A stretch of DNA of 48,134 nt, from assembly GCA_963693665.1 (NCBI GenBank), contig CAVOAK010000001.1:1-48134 (forward strand), read 5' to 3'. Source of the DNA: Alphaproteobacteria bacterium (GTDB taxonomy: Bacteria > Pseudomonadota > Alphaproteobacteria > UBA8366 > CAVOAK01). The notes under the pieces are model-generated. The model worked only from the letters and a program-made list of their open reading frames with translations, was not told the origin of the DNA and did not search any database. Within the stretch, counting starts at the first letter, position 1. Each line of letters opens with the position of its first letter. Positions 38,656 to 47,931 of the stretch are shown in pieces. The translations under genes were made by a program, and so were the position numbers.

Positions 38656-39569
38656 GTGAACACGCCGCATCAACTAACTTGGAAACCCGCAAACCCGTGC
38701 CGACCGTTGGGTTTACTAATCCATTCTCCCGGTGGCGCAAGTCGATAGGCGGCTGGGTCCTAAACGCTTGGGTCGGCATTGTCATAATCGTAATTTATTT
38801 GCCCGTTGTCATCGTCGTTGGTGCGTCGGTTGACCCCGGCACCTACATTGAATCACGCGCGTTTCTGACGTTTCCACCCCGTGGCTTTTCACTGCAATGG
38901 TATCTGAGCATCCACCCACGCCTGTGGCATTCACTTTGGGTTAGTGTATCAATGGCCTCTGTTTCGGCGTTCTTCGGTTTGCTGATCGGCGTGCCGGCTG
39001 CGCTTGGTCTCATTCGCTGTAACTGGCGCGGCAAAATTCTTATGGGCTCGCTGTTCCGCGCGCCATTGCAAATACCCTTCATTGTCATAGGCGTGGCGTT
39101 CCTGCAGGCCTATCACCTTTCCGCCGATGTCTTTCATATTAACCTCGTCGGCTCTTTCACCGGCCTCGTTCTCGGCCATGTCTTCGTTGCGGTGCCATAC
39201 GTAATTAGTGCCGTTGGCGTACAGGTTCAACGCTTCAATCCCTCCATGGAGGAAGCTGCCCTAATTCATGGCGCCACTCGCATGCGGACCTTTATGCGCG
39301 TCACGTTGCCTATAATCATGCCCGGCATCTACGCCGGCGGGCTATATGCGTTCTTAATTTCGTTTGGCGACGTCACAATTTCGTTGTTCCTAGCCGGACC
39401 CGACACAACGCCGTTTCCGGTACAGGTCCTGCACACCATCACACAGGACTTTGACCCCACGGTGCCAGCAATGTCAGCTCTGGTTTGCATTGGGTCACTC
39501 TTTGTGCTGCTCCTCGTCCAGAAACTGGTCGGCCTCGACATCTTGTTGCGGGGCGGTGGAAGCGGTTAG
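38652..39569 (+). CDS. ABC transporter permease (PotC/PotI-like)
   Basis: 305 aa with an EAA loop (SMEEAALIHGATRMRTFMRVTLPIIMPG). Its ATG overlaps the upstream stop (ATGA). Confidence 0.9.
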   Translation: MSEHAASTNLETRKPVPTVGFTNPFSRWRKSIGGWVLNAWVGIVIIVIYLPVVIVVGASVDPGTYIESRAFLTFPPRGFSLQWYLSIHPRLWHSLWVSVSMASVSAFFGLLIGVPAALGLIRCNWRGKILMGSLFRAPLQIPFIVIGVAFLQAYHLSADVFHINLVGSFTGLVLGHVFVAVPYVISAVGVQVQRFNPSMEEAALIHGATRMRTFMRVTLPIIMPGIYAGGLYAFLISFGDVTISLFLAGPDTTPFPVQVLHTITQDFDPTVPAMSALVCIGSLFVLLLVQKLVGLDILLRGGGSG

Positions 39570-39619
39570 GTAGTCAGTAAAATAACAAACCCGTTTAACA
39601 ACGTAAGGAGAAGAAGACC

Positions 39620-40732
39620 ATGAAGAAAAGCACACTTAAGAAATCGCTATGCCTGTTTGGCTTAGCAGCAGGCGCGTTAGGTTTGGCGATGACCGCCATG
39701 CCCCAGAACGCAACTGCTCAAATGAAGGACTTTGGTGGCATCGAACTCACCATTGCCACCTTCCCCTCGACCTGGGAAATCAGGTTCCGCGAGGAAGTCG
39801 GTCCGGCAATGGAAAAGATGAATGTCAAACTCAAGTTCATTGGTGGCCGCTCGGATGAGTTTTTAAACAAATTGATTTCCGCCAAAGGCTCGCCGACCTT
39901 CGACATTGTGGAAATTACCGATCACGTATTTCCCGAAATGTTGGAGGGTGGTTTTCTCGACAAATTAAGCTTCGACAACATTCCCAACACACAGTTCCTG
40001 AATAAGGCCATGTATAACGATTACAAGGTCGGATATTGGCAGACCCAACAAGCAATTCTCTTCAACCACGAGAAGTTCAAAGAGTTGGGCATTCCTATGC
40101 CGACGGAACCCGAGGACCTATTGCATCCCAAATTGAAGGGTAAGGTCATATTCCCGTCGCTCACGGGCTACGGAGCGGTCTCTGTGATCACCGCGATTGC
40201 CAGGAAACATGGCGGTGATGAAAAGAACATCGACCCGGCACTTCCAACCCTCAGGAAATTTTCCGCTCAAGTGCATTCGTTTGCGGACTTTACGCCGATG
40301 TCGCAAGCGATGAAGAATGGCGACATCTATGCGGCATTCTCGAGTGGCGGTTCGGCTAGGCGATTGCGCGACGCGGGTGTGCCCATAGCGATCCATCACC
40401 TTGTGATCGACGGGAAACGGGGCGTGCCGTCATTTGGTTACTTAGGTGTCGTTAAGGGCTCCAAGCACAAGGAAGCCGCAGAAGCCTTCATCAACGAGGC
40501 CATCGGCCTGGAAATGCAGGAAGGCATCTTTGTCAATAACGGCACGATCCCAACCAACGGCAAAATGCAGGCAAAGTTTGCGGCAGAAGTTGGCCAGGAA
40601 AAGGACCCCTTCGGCAACCTTTACAGGCTGTTGGCACCAGAAACAATCGCCAATATGTACTACCTGAAATTCGACGATATCGATCGTCGGGCATGGGGCA
40701 AGAAACTGCAGCGCGTCCAAGTTGGAAAGTAA
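39620..40732 (+). CDS. Periplasmic substrate-binding protein, family 1 (PotD/PotF-like polyamine/amine type)
   Basis: 370 aa with a signal peptide (MKKSTLKKSLCLFGLAAGALGLAMTAMPQNATA). AAGGAG lies upstream. It follows the two Pot-type permeases. Confidence 0.8.
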   Translation: MKKSTLKKSLCLFGLAAGALGLAMTAMPQNATAQMKDFGGIELTIATFPSTWEIRFREEVGPAMEKMNVKLKFIGGRSDEFLNKLISAKGSPTFDIVEITDHVFPEMLEGGFLDKLSFDNIPNTQFLNKAMYNDYKVGYWQTQQAILFNHEKFKELGIPMPTEPEDLLHPKLKGKVIFPSLTGYGAVSVITAIARKHGGDEKNIDPALPTLRKFSAQVHSFADFTPMSQAMKNGDIYAAFSSGGSARRLRDAGVPIAIHHLVIDGKRGVPSFGYLGVVKGSKHKEAAEAFINEAIGLEMQEGIFVNNGTIPTNGKMQAKFAAEVGQEKDPFGNLYRLLAPETIANMYYLKFDDIDRRAWGKKLQRVQVGK

Positions 40733-40770
40733 ATCTCCCCAACTTTAATCTATGCCACAAGCTTGTGGAG

Positions 40771-40801
40771 GGAGGGCGAAAGTTTCGCCCTCCTTTTTTT
40801 T
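40771..40801 (+). terminator. Rho-independent terminator after the binding-protein gene
   Basis: The structure is GGAGGGCGAA-agt-TTCGCCCTCC, a perfect 10-bp stem, followed by T8 (40794-40801). Confidence 0.85.
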
Positions 40802-40880
40802 GCGTTGCGCCAGGGCCGCTATTTAAGATGCCTCGAACGGTTGCTACAATGCACAGTGAGTGGAGAGTGGGCAGGGAAAA

Positions 40881-41315
40881 ATGGCAAAACAAGACACATT
40901 CCATGAAAACCTTTCCAATCGAGGCGAAGCTCGTTCGTCATCAAACCGGTCATTTGGCTTTGTTTTCACCGTAGCCTTTGCTGTGATTGGCTTGTGGCCG
41001 GCGATGTCCGGGACTGGGATTCGCTGGTGGGCGATTGCGATCGCAGCATCGTTCCTCATCGCCGGACTCGCAAAACCAAGTCTATTGTCGCCGCTTAATC
41101 GTCTTTGGACACAGTTTGGCTTGCTACTGAATCGGATAACAAGCCCAATCCTCATGGCGTTGATCTTCTTTCTCGTCGTGACTCCCATTGGTTTGACTAT
41201 GCGTCTCCTCGGCAAACGTCCGCTCGACCTCAAGTTCGATCCAAACGCTCGAAGTTACTGGATCAAGCGTGAGTCTCCGGGGCCTGCCCCAGAGACCATG
41301 AAAAATCAATTCTAG
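40881..41315 (+). CDS. Small membrane protein, SxtJ-family-like
   Basis: ATG at 40881 (AGGGAAAA upstream). The sequence SNRSFGFVFTVAFAVIGLWP...LLSPLNRLWTQFGLLLNRITSPILMALIFFLVVTPIGLTMRLLGKRPLDL...SYW matches my recollection of the SxtJ-type pattern. This was not checked against a database. Confidence 0.5.
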   Translation: MAKQDTFHENLSNRGEARSSSNRSFGFVFTVAFAVIGLWPAMSGTGIRWWAIAIAASFLIAGLAKPSLLSPLNRLWTQFGLLLNRITSPILMALIFFLVVTPIGLTMRLLGKRPLDLKFDPNARSYWIKRESPGPAPETMKNQF

Positions 41316-41508
41316 TTCTTAATAAATATTCACCGATAACATAATGAACCGAGGTCGGTTTGGACCAACCGCATTCTTGCTGTCACGGCATGAAATTCGC
41401 GTCGCCTCTGCGTAAGTTCTGGAAAGTAGTTGACAGAGAGTTTTTTCGAGAATCATTTTATGTTCTCTTATCCTAAAAGTAGAGTTCAACTGAAAACCCA
41501 ATCGTTGC

Positions 41509-42876
41509 ATGTTCAAAATCAATAAAACCGCAATATTGCTGAAGAAAATCTCCCGCTGGATCAGTGCAACAGGACGCCTGATGATTCCAATGGCGATATT
41601 CGCTGGGCTCCTCTTCTTGCTGGGTCCCGGCGTTGAAATTTCGATGTCAGGTGCAATGCGCGACATCGAAGGTGAGCAGGCACCGTATGCGTCGATGACG
41701 CGCACCTCAGATGCGGAGGGAAATGCCGCACGACTTGATATGCCAGTTCGTTTAAAGCTGACAGCCACACCCGGCGATACATTGATGGCGATGCTTGTTG
41801 ACGAAGGTATCGAGCGACGCGAAGCGCACGCAGCAATCACCGCAATGTCAAAGATTTTCAAGCCCCAAAATCTTCGTCCCAAACAGGATGTGTTCATTAC
41901 CGCGCGGCTCGCGCTCGACACGGATCAACCGTTGTACCTTCTTCGACTTGAACTCGCCGCATCGGTTGAGCGCAACATCGTCGTCAGCCGACTTAGTGAC
42001 GGCGCGTATGGTGCCGTGGCAATCGACCGTCCGCTCACTCGAAATTTTGCCTACGCCAAAGGCAGTATCGATACATCGCTTTATGCGGCAGCAGTTGATG
42101 CAGAGGTTCCACTCCCGGTTCTTGCCGACCTTATTCAAATTTTCAGTTTTGACGTTGATTTTCAGCGTGATATTCGGCGAGACGATCAATTTTCACTGAT
42201 GTACATGCGCTACTCGGACGATACCGGGACAGTCCTTCGTCACGGCGAAATTGAAGTTGCCGCTATGACGCTCGGGCGCAAGGTAATGCGGTTCTATCGT
42301 TTCGAAACAAAAGACAGGCAAGTTGATTATTACGACGAGAAAGGCCGCAGCGCCAGAAAGGCACTCCTTCGCACGCCGATCGATGGCGCGCGGATGTCAT
42401 CTCGTTTCGGTATGCGCCGACATCCAATCCTCGGCTACAACAAAATGCATCGCGGGCTCGATTTTGCAGCGCCTAAAGGAACACCCATATTTGCCGCAGG
42501 AAATGGGATTGTTGAAAAGGCATACCGCTATGGCGCTTACGGCAAGTATGTCCGCATTCGACATAATGACACGTATAAGACCGCCTACGCTCACTTGAAC
42601 CGCTACGGCAAAAATATCCGTTCCGGACGCCGTGTAAAGCAGGGGCAGATTATCGGCTACGTAGGAACAACAGGGCGCTCTACCGGAGCGCACCTTCACT
42701 ACGAAGTTTTGAAGAACGGCACCCGTGTCAGCCCGCGAAGTATCAAACTACCAACGGGACGGAAGCTTGCTGGCGCTGAATTGAAAAAATTCAACGAGAG
42801 GCTCCACGAACTTGAGCAACAATATGCGACTCTCGAATCGAAGACTCAGTTGGCAAAATCCGACAAAACACCCTAA
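41509..42876 (+). CDS. M23 family metallopeptidase with an N-terminal anchor and an OapA/LysM-like domain
   Basis: Contains HRGLDFAAPKGTPIFAAGNG...YGKYVRIRHNDTYKTAYAHL...GYVGTTGRSTGAHLHYEV, which are the HxxxD and HxH M23 motifs. The N-terminus has a TM helix. Confidence 0.85.
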   Translation: MFKINKTAILLKKISRWISATGRLMIPMAIFAGLLFLLGPGVEISMSGAMRDIEGEQAPYASMTRTSDAEGNAARLDMPVRLKLTATPGDTLMAMLVDEGIERREAHAAITAMSKIFKPQNLRPKQDVFITARLALDTDQPLYLLRLELAASVERNIVVSRLSDGAYGAVAIDRPLTRNFAYAKGSIDTSLYAAAVDAEVPLPVLADLIQIFSFDVDFQRDIRRDDQFSLMYMRYSDDTGTVLRHGEIEVAAMTLGRKVMRFYRFETKDRQVDYYDEKGRSARKALLRTPIDGARMSSRFGMRRHPILGYNKMHRGLDFAAPKGTPIFAAGNGIVEKAYRYGAYGKYVRIRHNDTYKTAYAHLNRYGKNIRSGRRVKQGQIIGYVGTTGRSTGAHLHYEVLKNGTRVSPRSIKLPTGRKLAGAELKKFNERLHELEQQYATLESKTQLAKSDKTP

Positions 42877-42889
42877 CCGGAGGGCAGTG

Positions 42890-43648
42890 TCACTGCTCGC
42901 ACGAGACTCCCCTCTCATCAAGCGGCAGCTGCCTCAACAACTTCACCGTCAATGACAAGGCCAGACACGTTGCTGAGATATGCACAACATCATCGTCGTT
43001 GATTTTGCCTTCCAGAATCAAGTTCGAAAGCGGATTCTGCAGCGAGCGCTGAATGACACGCCGTAAGGCGCGCGCGCCGTAGACAGAATCGAATCCGCCG
43101 TCAGCCAACCACCGTCGTGCTGCATCATCGAGTTCAATCACAATCTTGCGGTCCTCCAACAGGCGAAGGAGAGCCAATAACTGAATATCGACGACGCGCG
43201 CCATGTGTTCACGCGCGAGCCTATTGAAAAGGACAATCTCATCGATACGATTTAGAAATTCAGGCCTAAGCCAACTGCGTACAACGTCCATAACCTGATC
43301 GCTAACAGATTCGATGGGCTCGTCCTCGGGCAGGTTCGATAATATTTCAGTACCCAAATTCGATGTCATGACGATGATCACGTTCCGAAAATAGACCGTG
43401 CGACCTTGACCGTCGGTCAACCTCCCGTCGTCTAGAACCTGCAGCAGGACATTAAAAACGTCTGAATGTGCCTTCTCAATTTCGTCGAATAGGACCACTT
43501 GATAAGGTCGGCGACGTACCGCCTCCGTCAAGGCGCCACCCTCCTCATAACCGACATACCTCGGAGAGGCGCCGATCAGGCGGGCGACAGAGTGCTTTTC
43601 CATATATTCGGACATATCGATCCGAACCAACGCAGCCCTGGGACGCAA
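42890..43648 (-). pseudogene. clpB: clpB 3' remnant (second AAA+ module and C-terminal domain only), with altered conserved residues and a probable internal frameshift
   Basis: Reads [94 protein letters not shown]. This is ClpB D2 downstream of Walker A, and about 600 N-terminal residues are absent. The conserved GAPPGYVGY reads GASPRYVGY. Near 42970 an alternative frame gives a more ClpB-like end ([17 protein letters not shown]). Confidence 0.85.
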
Positions 43649-44949
43649 TTGTTTGCACGTCTAAGACCGCAAGAACGACAATTGAAGCGATCTGGCAGGG
43701 CTGGCGCAGATATATTGACGACCATCTCGCAGGCAATTGTGGCGCAGGCGCGCAAAAAACAAGCGAGCAAAGCCAAAACGATTCTCCCTGCCCGGCAAAT
43801 CTGCCGATCATTCCACTAGGGATCAACACATAAGATTTCGTTTCGCGGACATTTCCAGCACTACGCCAGCAGCAGCGGCAACAGCTTCAGATTCCAGACG
43901 ATGCCGTTTTTATTTTAGCGCACGGACGGCACAGCTATTACCCGAAGGCGCATCCACTTCCTTTGTTTCAAGCGGTGGAGAGCGTTGCCAAACGCGAGGC
44001 AAAACAAATTCATCTCGCCCTTTACGGCTATCATCCAACAGTGCGTGTCGGCGAAGAGTTTCGTAATCTAGCGCTTGACATATGCACTACAGCCAACGTC
44101 CATTTTATTGACAATAGCGATCAGAATTTTGCAGATGAGTTATGGGCGGCTGCGGATATTTTTGTCTCCCTCGCGGACAACATTCGAGAGACATTTGGCC
44201 TTGCACCAGTTGAGGCGATGGCTTGCGGTTTACCTGTTATCGCATCGGATTGGGACGGATACCGAGAGACAATCCGACATCAGACAGATGGCTTCCTGAT
44301 CCGAACAATCGCACCAGGCGCGAGCATGGGAGAGGACCTAGCCTACAGATATTTCGCCGATATCGATACCTATGGCCATTTTATTAGCGCTGCTGCCCAG
44401 ACCACCGCTATCGATGCACAAGATCTAACGAACGCGCTTACCACTCTTGCCACAAATCCCGATCTGCGACGCAAGATGGGGGAAGCAGGCAAAGATCACG
44501 CGCAAACGAACTACGATTGGCGCGCGATCATTCGACAATACGACGAACTATGGGCAGAACTTGATCACCGCCGCAAAGTTGATACCAACGGCGACCGGGG
44601 ATCAGTTCAAGATGTTTTTCATCCACTATGGCCTGACCCATTCACGGTTTTTGCTTCTCATCAGACGCACCGTCTTGCGCGCGGCGACAGATTAGAGTCA
44701 CTCATCAATACCTACGACGACGTTACGGTACTGCTCCGTCATCGCATGAATATGTTTAGCCCAGACATCCTCGTACCGCCGGAGAAATTGCCAATCCTCA
44801 TTCACGCGATCATGTCGCAGCCAGGGATAAGTATTGGCGAGATTTGCGAGGCTCATCCTGATTGGGGAGACGCGCCGGTTCAGCGTTCTATCGGGTGGCT
44901 CATGAAGCCCGGTGTCATCCGATTGACAAACAATGGGGCCAGCGACTGA
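43633..44949 (+). pseudogene. GT4 (group 1) glycosyltransferase lacking its 5' end and carrying an in-frame TAA at 43831-43833
   Basis: ORFs 43468..43833 and 43963..44949 share one frame. Read-through gives [19 protein letters not shown]...LPIIPLGINT*DFVSRTFPALRQQ...ILAHGRHSYYPKAHPLPLFQAVE...ETFGLAPVEAMACGLPVIASDWDGYRETI, which includes the E-x7-E region. Sequence upstream of about 43633 belongs to the antisense clpB remnant. Confidence 0.7.
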
Positions 44950-44968
44950 TAGTCATCTGGACAGCGCA

Positions 44969-47323
44969 CTAACTGCTGCGGCCTCGCTCCAGTAATACGC
45001 CGTTGAATGCTTCGAGCTGTGCCACGACTTTGCCATATACGGAATCTGGCGGATAGTTATTGTCACAGTCTGCCTCTCCAGCGGGTATGCCGGTCAGCAA
45101 CTCAATGGCTTCCTCAATGGACTCAACGCTATATACACGGAACTTGCCGCTAGTTATCGCCTCCACAACGTTTTGTCGCAGTAAGACATTTGCCGCATTC
45201 GACGCCGGTATGATGACGCCTTGTGAACCAGTCAACGGCGCGGCTTCAAAACATGTTCGGAAAAATCCTTCGATCTTTTCAATTGCGCCACCAATCGGCT
45301 GTGATTGCCCGCGCTGGTTGACTGACCCGGTAATGGCGAGATCTTGCCGCAATGGCAAACCAGAGAGAGTGGATAGCACCGCACAAAGTTCCGCCATCGA
45401 CGCGCTATCGCCTTCGACACCGCCATAACTCTGCTCAAAGGTGATGGAACAGTTAAATGAAAGGGGAATTCGCAATGCAAAATGTCCAGCAAGGAAACCC
45501 TGTAGGACCATCACTCCCTTTTGCTGAATAGGACCGCCGAGTTCGGTGTCACGTTCCACGTTTATGACACCTAGCCGCCCGGCAGAAGCACGTGCAGTAA
45601 CACGCGATGGAGATCCAAATGCATGGTCGCCTAAATCACGGACAACTAGCGCATTGATTTGGCCAATGACCTCACCGTCCGTATCAATCATCATCGTGCC
45701 TTCAGCAATTCCCTCCTGCATGCGATCTTCGACACGGGAGTTGCGTCGGTGGCGATTCTCAAATGCTGTCGACACCGCTTCGGCGGTTATTCTTCTTGGC
45801 TTCTCACCAGGTACGTGCCGCGCGGCCTCATTCAACACATCGCCCATCAATTCATAACGTGAGGTCAATTTCCTTCGATGAGCTGCCGAGCGAGAGGCTT
45901 CTCCAAGAAGCCTAACAATCGCATCATTTGAACATTCATCTCCCTGACTCCGCGCCATTGCCCTTATCAAGCCGCCATATTCGTCAATATTCTCCTGCGA
46001 TGTATCCATGTCACTATCGATATCTGCCTTGACCTTGAAATAGATCCGAAACTCTGGATCAACCGAGAAGAACGCATAGTAGGCCTGCGGTGACCCAACA
46101 ATAACGATGTTGAGATCAAGAGGAACGGGCTTGGGATTTGGAGCTCCTGCAATTGGCAAGGCACCTGTGCGGTGCAGTTCCTCAAGCCGAAACTCTCGGT
46201 CACGCAACGCACCTTTAAGCAATTCCCAACTCATAGGGTTGCGCGCAAGTGATTCCGCCCTCAGCACCAGTATTCCGCCATTTGCACGATGTAGCGCGCC
46301 AGCCCGAATCATTGAAAAGTCAGTTTCGAGTAGCCCAGCCACCGGTCGGTACTCAATGCGACCAAAAAGGTTTTCGTAGGTGGGATTGGGCTCTACGATC
46401 ACACTCGGGCCATCTTCATCACCGTTGTCGACAAAAAGATTAACCGCATATCGAGATTCGGCGGTCTCGCCCATGGGCGATCCATCATCAGTTGTGGGCG
46501 GGCGAAAAAGCTGCAAATGCTCAACAATATCGGCTCGAAACTCGACAATCCAACGACGCAACCCAGCGTAAGCACTAAATTTTGCCTCCAGTTTGTCAAT
46601 CAGGTCGCCGACCGCGCTATCAGCAATCTGACGATTAAGGTTGGCCGCCTCTGACATAAACTCGACATTGAGTTTTGCCGCGCTGCGGTTGAACTCTGAT
46701 AACCGCTCACCCAGCCCTTTTGCCGCCGTCTTCAGCTTTCCCCGCTCCTGCGGCTCGAACGTATCAAGTGCAACAGCCTCGCCATCGGCATTTGTGGCAA
46801 CGACCATCATGCCATTTTCCGTTTGGACAATATCGAGGCCATTTGTGCGCGCATCAGCTCTCATCGTGTCGAGCTGTCCCGCCAACTCACTATTCATAGA
46901 TTCACGCCGCGACAAAATCTCATGCTCGTAGTCTTTGCCGCCGAACGCCTGCACGAACGCCTCGCGCAGTTGCGGAACGAGAGTTGTCATGTGATCTCGG
47001 AACTTACGGGCCATACCCGCCGGAAGCCGATAGGGCTTTGGGCGATGCGACCGCACGAAGTGATTAAGATAAACAATGTCGTCGGCCGGAGCCATGTCGG
47101 CGACCGACGCATTAAGAAAATCCAACGTCGCCGTCATGCGCCCACTGTTCTCAGCACCAAGGACAAAAATATTGAACCCGAAATCATGGATCGAAAGGCC
47201 AAATTCAATGGCTTCGCGCGCCCGAGCGTGACTGGAAAAAGAAAATGCCTCGCCGTCTTGCTGGCTTCCTGGTCGATATAATGGGAGCGCGACATCGATG
47301 GCATTGAGCGATTTAGCAGGCAT
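44969..47323 (-). CDS. Lon-like ATP-dependent protease (AAA_32-type N-region plus Lon C-terminal Ser-Lys protease domain)
   Basis: The N-terminal P-loop-like stretch is FNIFVLGAENSGRMT. The C-terminal Lon protease domain reads GGVEGDSASMAELCAVLS...ITGSVNQRGQSQPIGGAIEKIEG. ATG at 47323 is preceded by GGGGGA. The ORF-track start at 47356 is TTG. Confidence 0.8.
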   Translation of the reverse strand: MPAKSLNAIDVALPLYRPGSQQDGEAFSFSSHARAREAIEFGLSIHDFGFNIFVLGAENSGRMTATLDFLNASVADMAPADDIVYLNHFVRSHRPKPYRLPAGMARKFRDHMTTLVPQLREAFVQAFGGKDYEHEILSRRESMNSELAGQLDTMRADARTNGLDIVQTENGMMVVATNADGEAVALDTFEPQERGKLKTAAKGLGERLSEFNRSAAKLNVEFMSEAANLNRQIADSAVGDLIDKLEAKFSAYAGLRRWIVEFRADIVEHLQLFRPPTTDDGSPMGETAESRYAVNLFVDNGDEDGPSVIVEPNPTYENLFGRIEYRPVAGLLETDFSMIRAGALHRANGGILVLRAESLARNPMSWELLKGALRDREFRLEELHRTGALPIAGAPNPKPVPLDLNIVIVGSPQAYYAFFSVDPEFRIYFKVKADIDSDMDTSQENIDEYGGLIRAMARSQGDECSNDAIVRLLGEASRSAAHRRKLTSRYELMGDVLNEAARHVPGEKPRRITAEAVSTAFENRHRRNSRVEDRMQEGIAEGTMMIDTDGEVIGQINALVVRDLGDHAFGSPSRVTARASAGRLGVINVERDTELGGPIQQKGVMVLQGFLAGHFALRIPLSFNCSITFEQSYGGVEGDSASMAELCAVLSTLSGLPLRQDLAITGSVNQRGQSQPIGGAIEKIEGFFRTCFEAAPLTGSQGVIIPASNAANVLLRQNVVEAITSGKFRVYSVESIEEAIELLTGIPAGEADCDNNYPPDSVYGKVVAQLEAFNGVLLERGRSS

Positions 47324-47526
47324 ATTTCCCCCTGTGCGAATCGCAAAATTTTGCAATGTTGCCGCGGGGCGTGCGCAATACCAGCGGCCATTTCTAACTA
47401 TTGCAAGTCAGCTTATTTTCCGCCGACCAATGTCGACCGATCTACTCTTCTTTGAGGTTCCTGTTACTGTACTAAAATTGCTTAAAAATCAGGGCCTAGA
47501 CTTCGTTCACAAGATAGTAAAGAACG

Positions 47527-47931
47527 TCAAACGTTAGAGTCAGGCTTGGCATCCTCGTCGGCGGATACCGGCTGCTCCGCGTCAGGTTTCGATTCGCTTT
47601 GGGTTGGTGTGGCGTCACTGCTTGGTGTTACATGTGGCGTTACGTTGTTGCCATTCCGTTGAGGTTGCCCCGAGTTGCGGTTTTCATCAGGCTCGCTGTT
47701 CAAGATGCGAAAATAGTGATCGGCGTGCTGATGATAGTTTTCCGCCATAATTCGGTCGCCCGCCACATGCGCATCACGGGCCATGGTCAGGTATTTTTCG
47801 TATACCTGATGGGCATTTCCACGAACACGAATGCTTGGTCCATTACTATCAAATGTTTGATGTCGGGAAGGGACATTGCGTCTGCCAGAGTTCCGCCCGC
47901 GAGGGCGCTTCGGGTTTTGACCTTGTCTCAT
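47527..47931 (-). CDS. DUF4167 domain protein (conserved in alphaproteobacteria)
   Basis: Reads MRQGQNPKRPRGR...SNGPSIRVRGNAHQVYEKYLTMARDAHVAGDRIMAENYHQHADHYFRI, followed by a low-complexity tail. ATG at 47931 is preceded by AGGAG. Confidence 0.7.
   Translation of the reverse strand: MRQGQNPKRPRGRNSGRRNVPSRHQTFDSNGPSIRVRGNAHQVYEKYLTMARDAHVAGDRIMAENYHQHADHYFRILNSEPDENRNSGQPQRNGNNVTPHVTPSSDATPTQSESKPDAEQPVSADEDAKPDSNV

Noticed and set aside
43600-43700. Mobile element or site-specific recombination site at the clpB/GT4 junction.
   Set aside because: No transposase, integrase, terminal inverted repeats or target-site duplication are visible around the join. Only short chance repeats such as gcaattgt occur.
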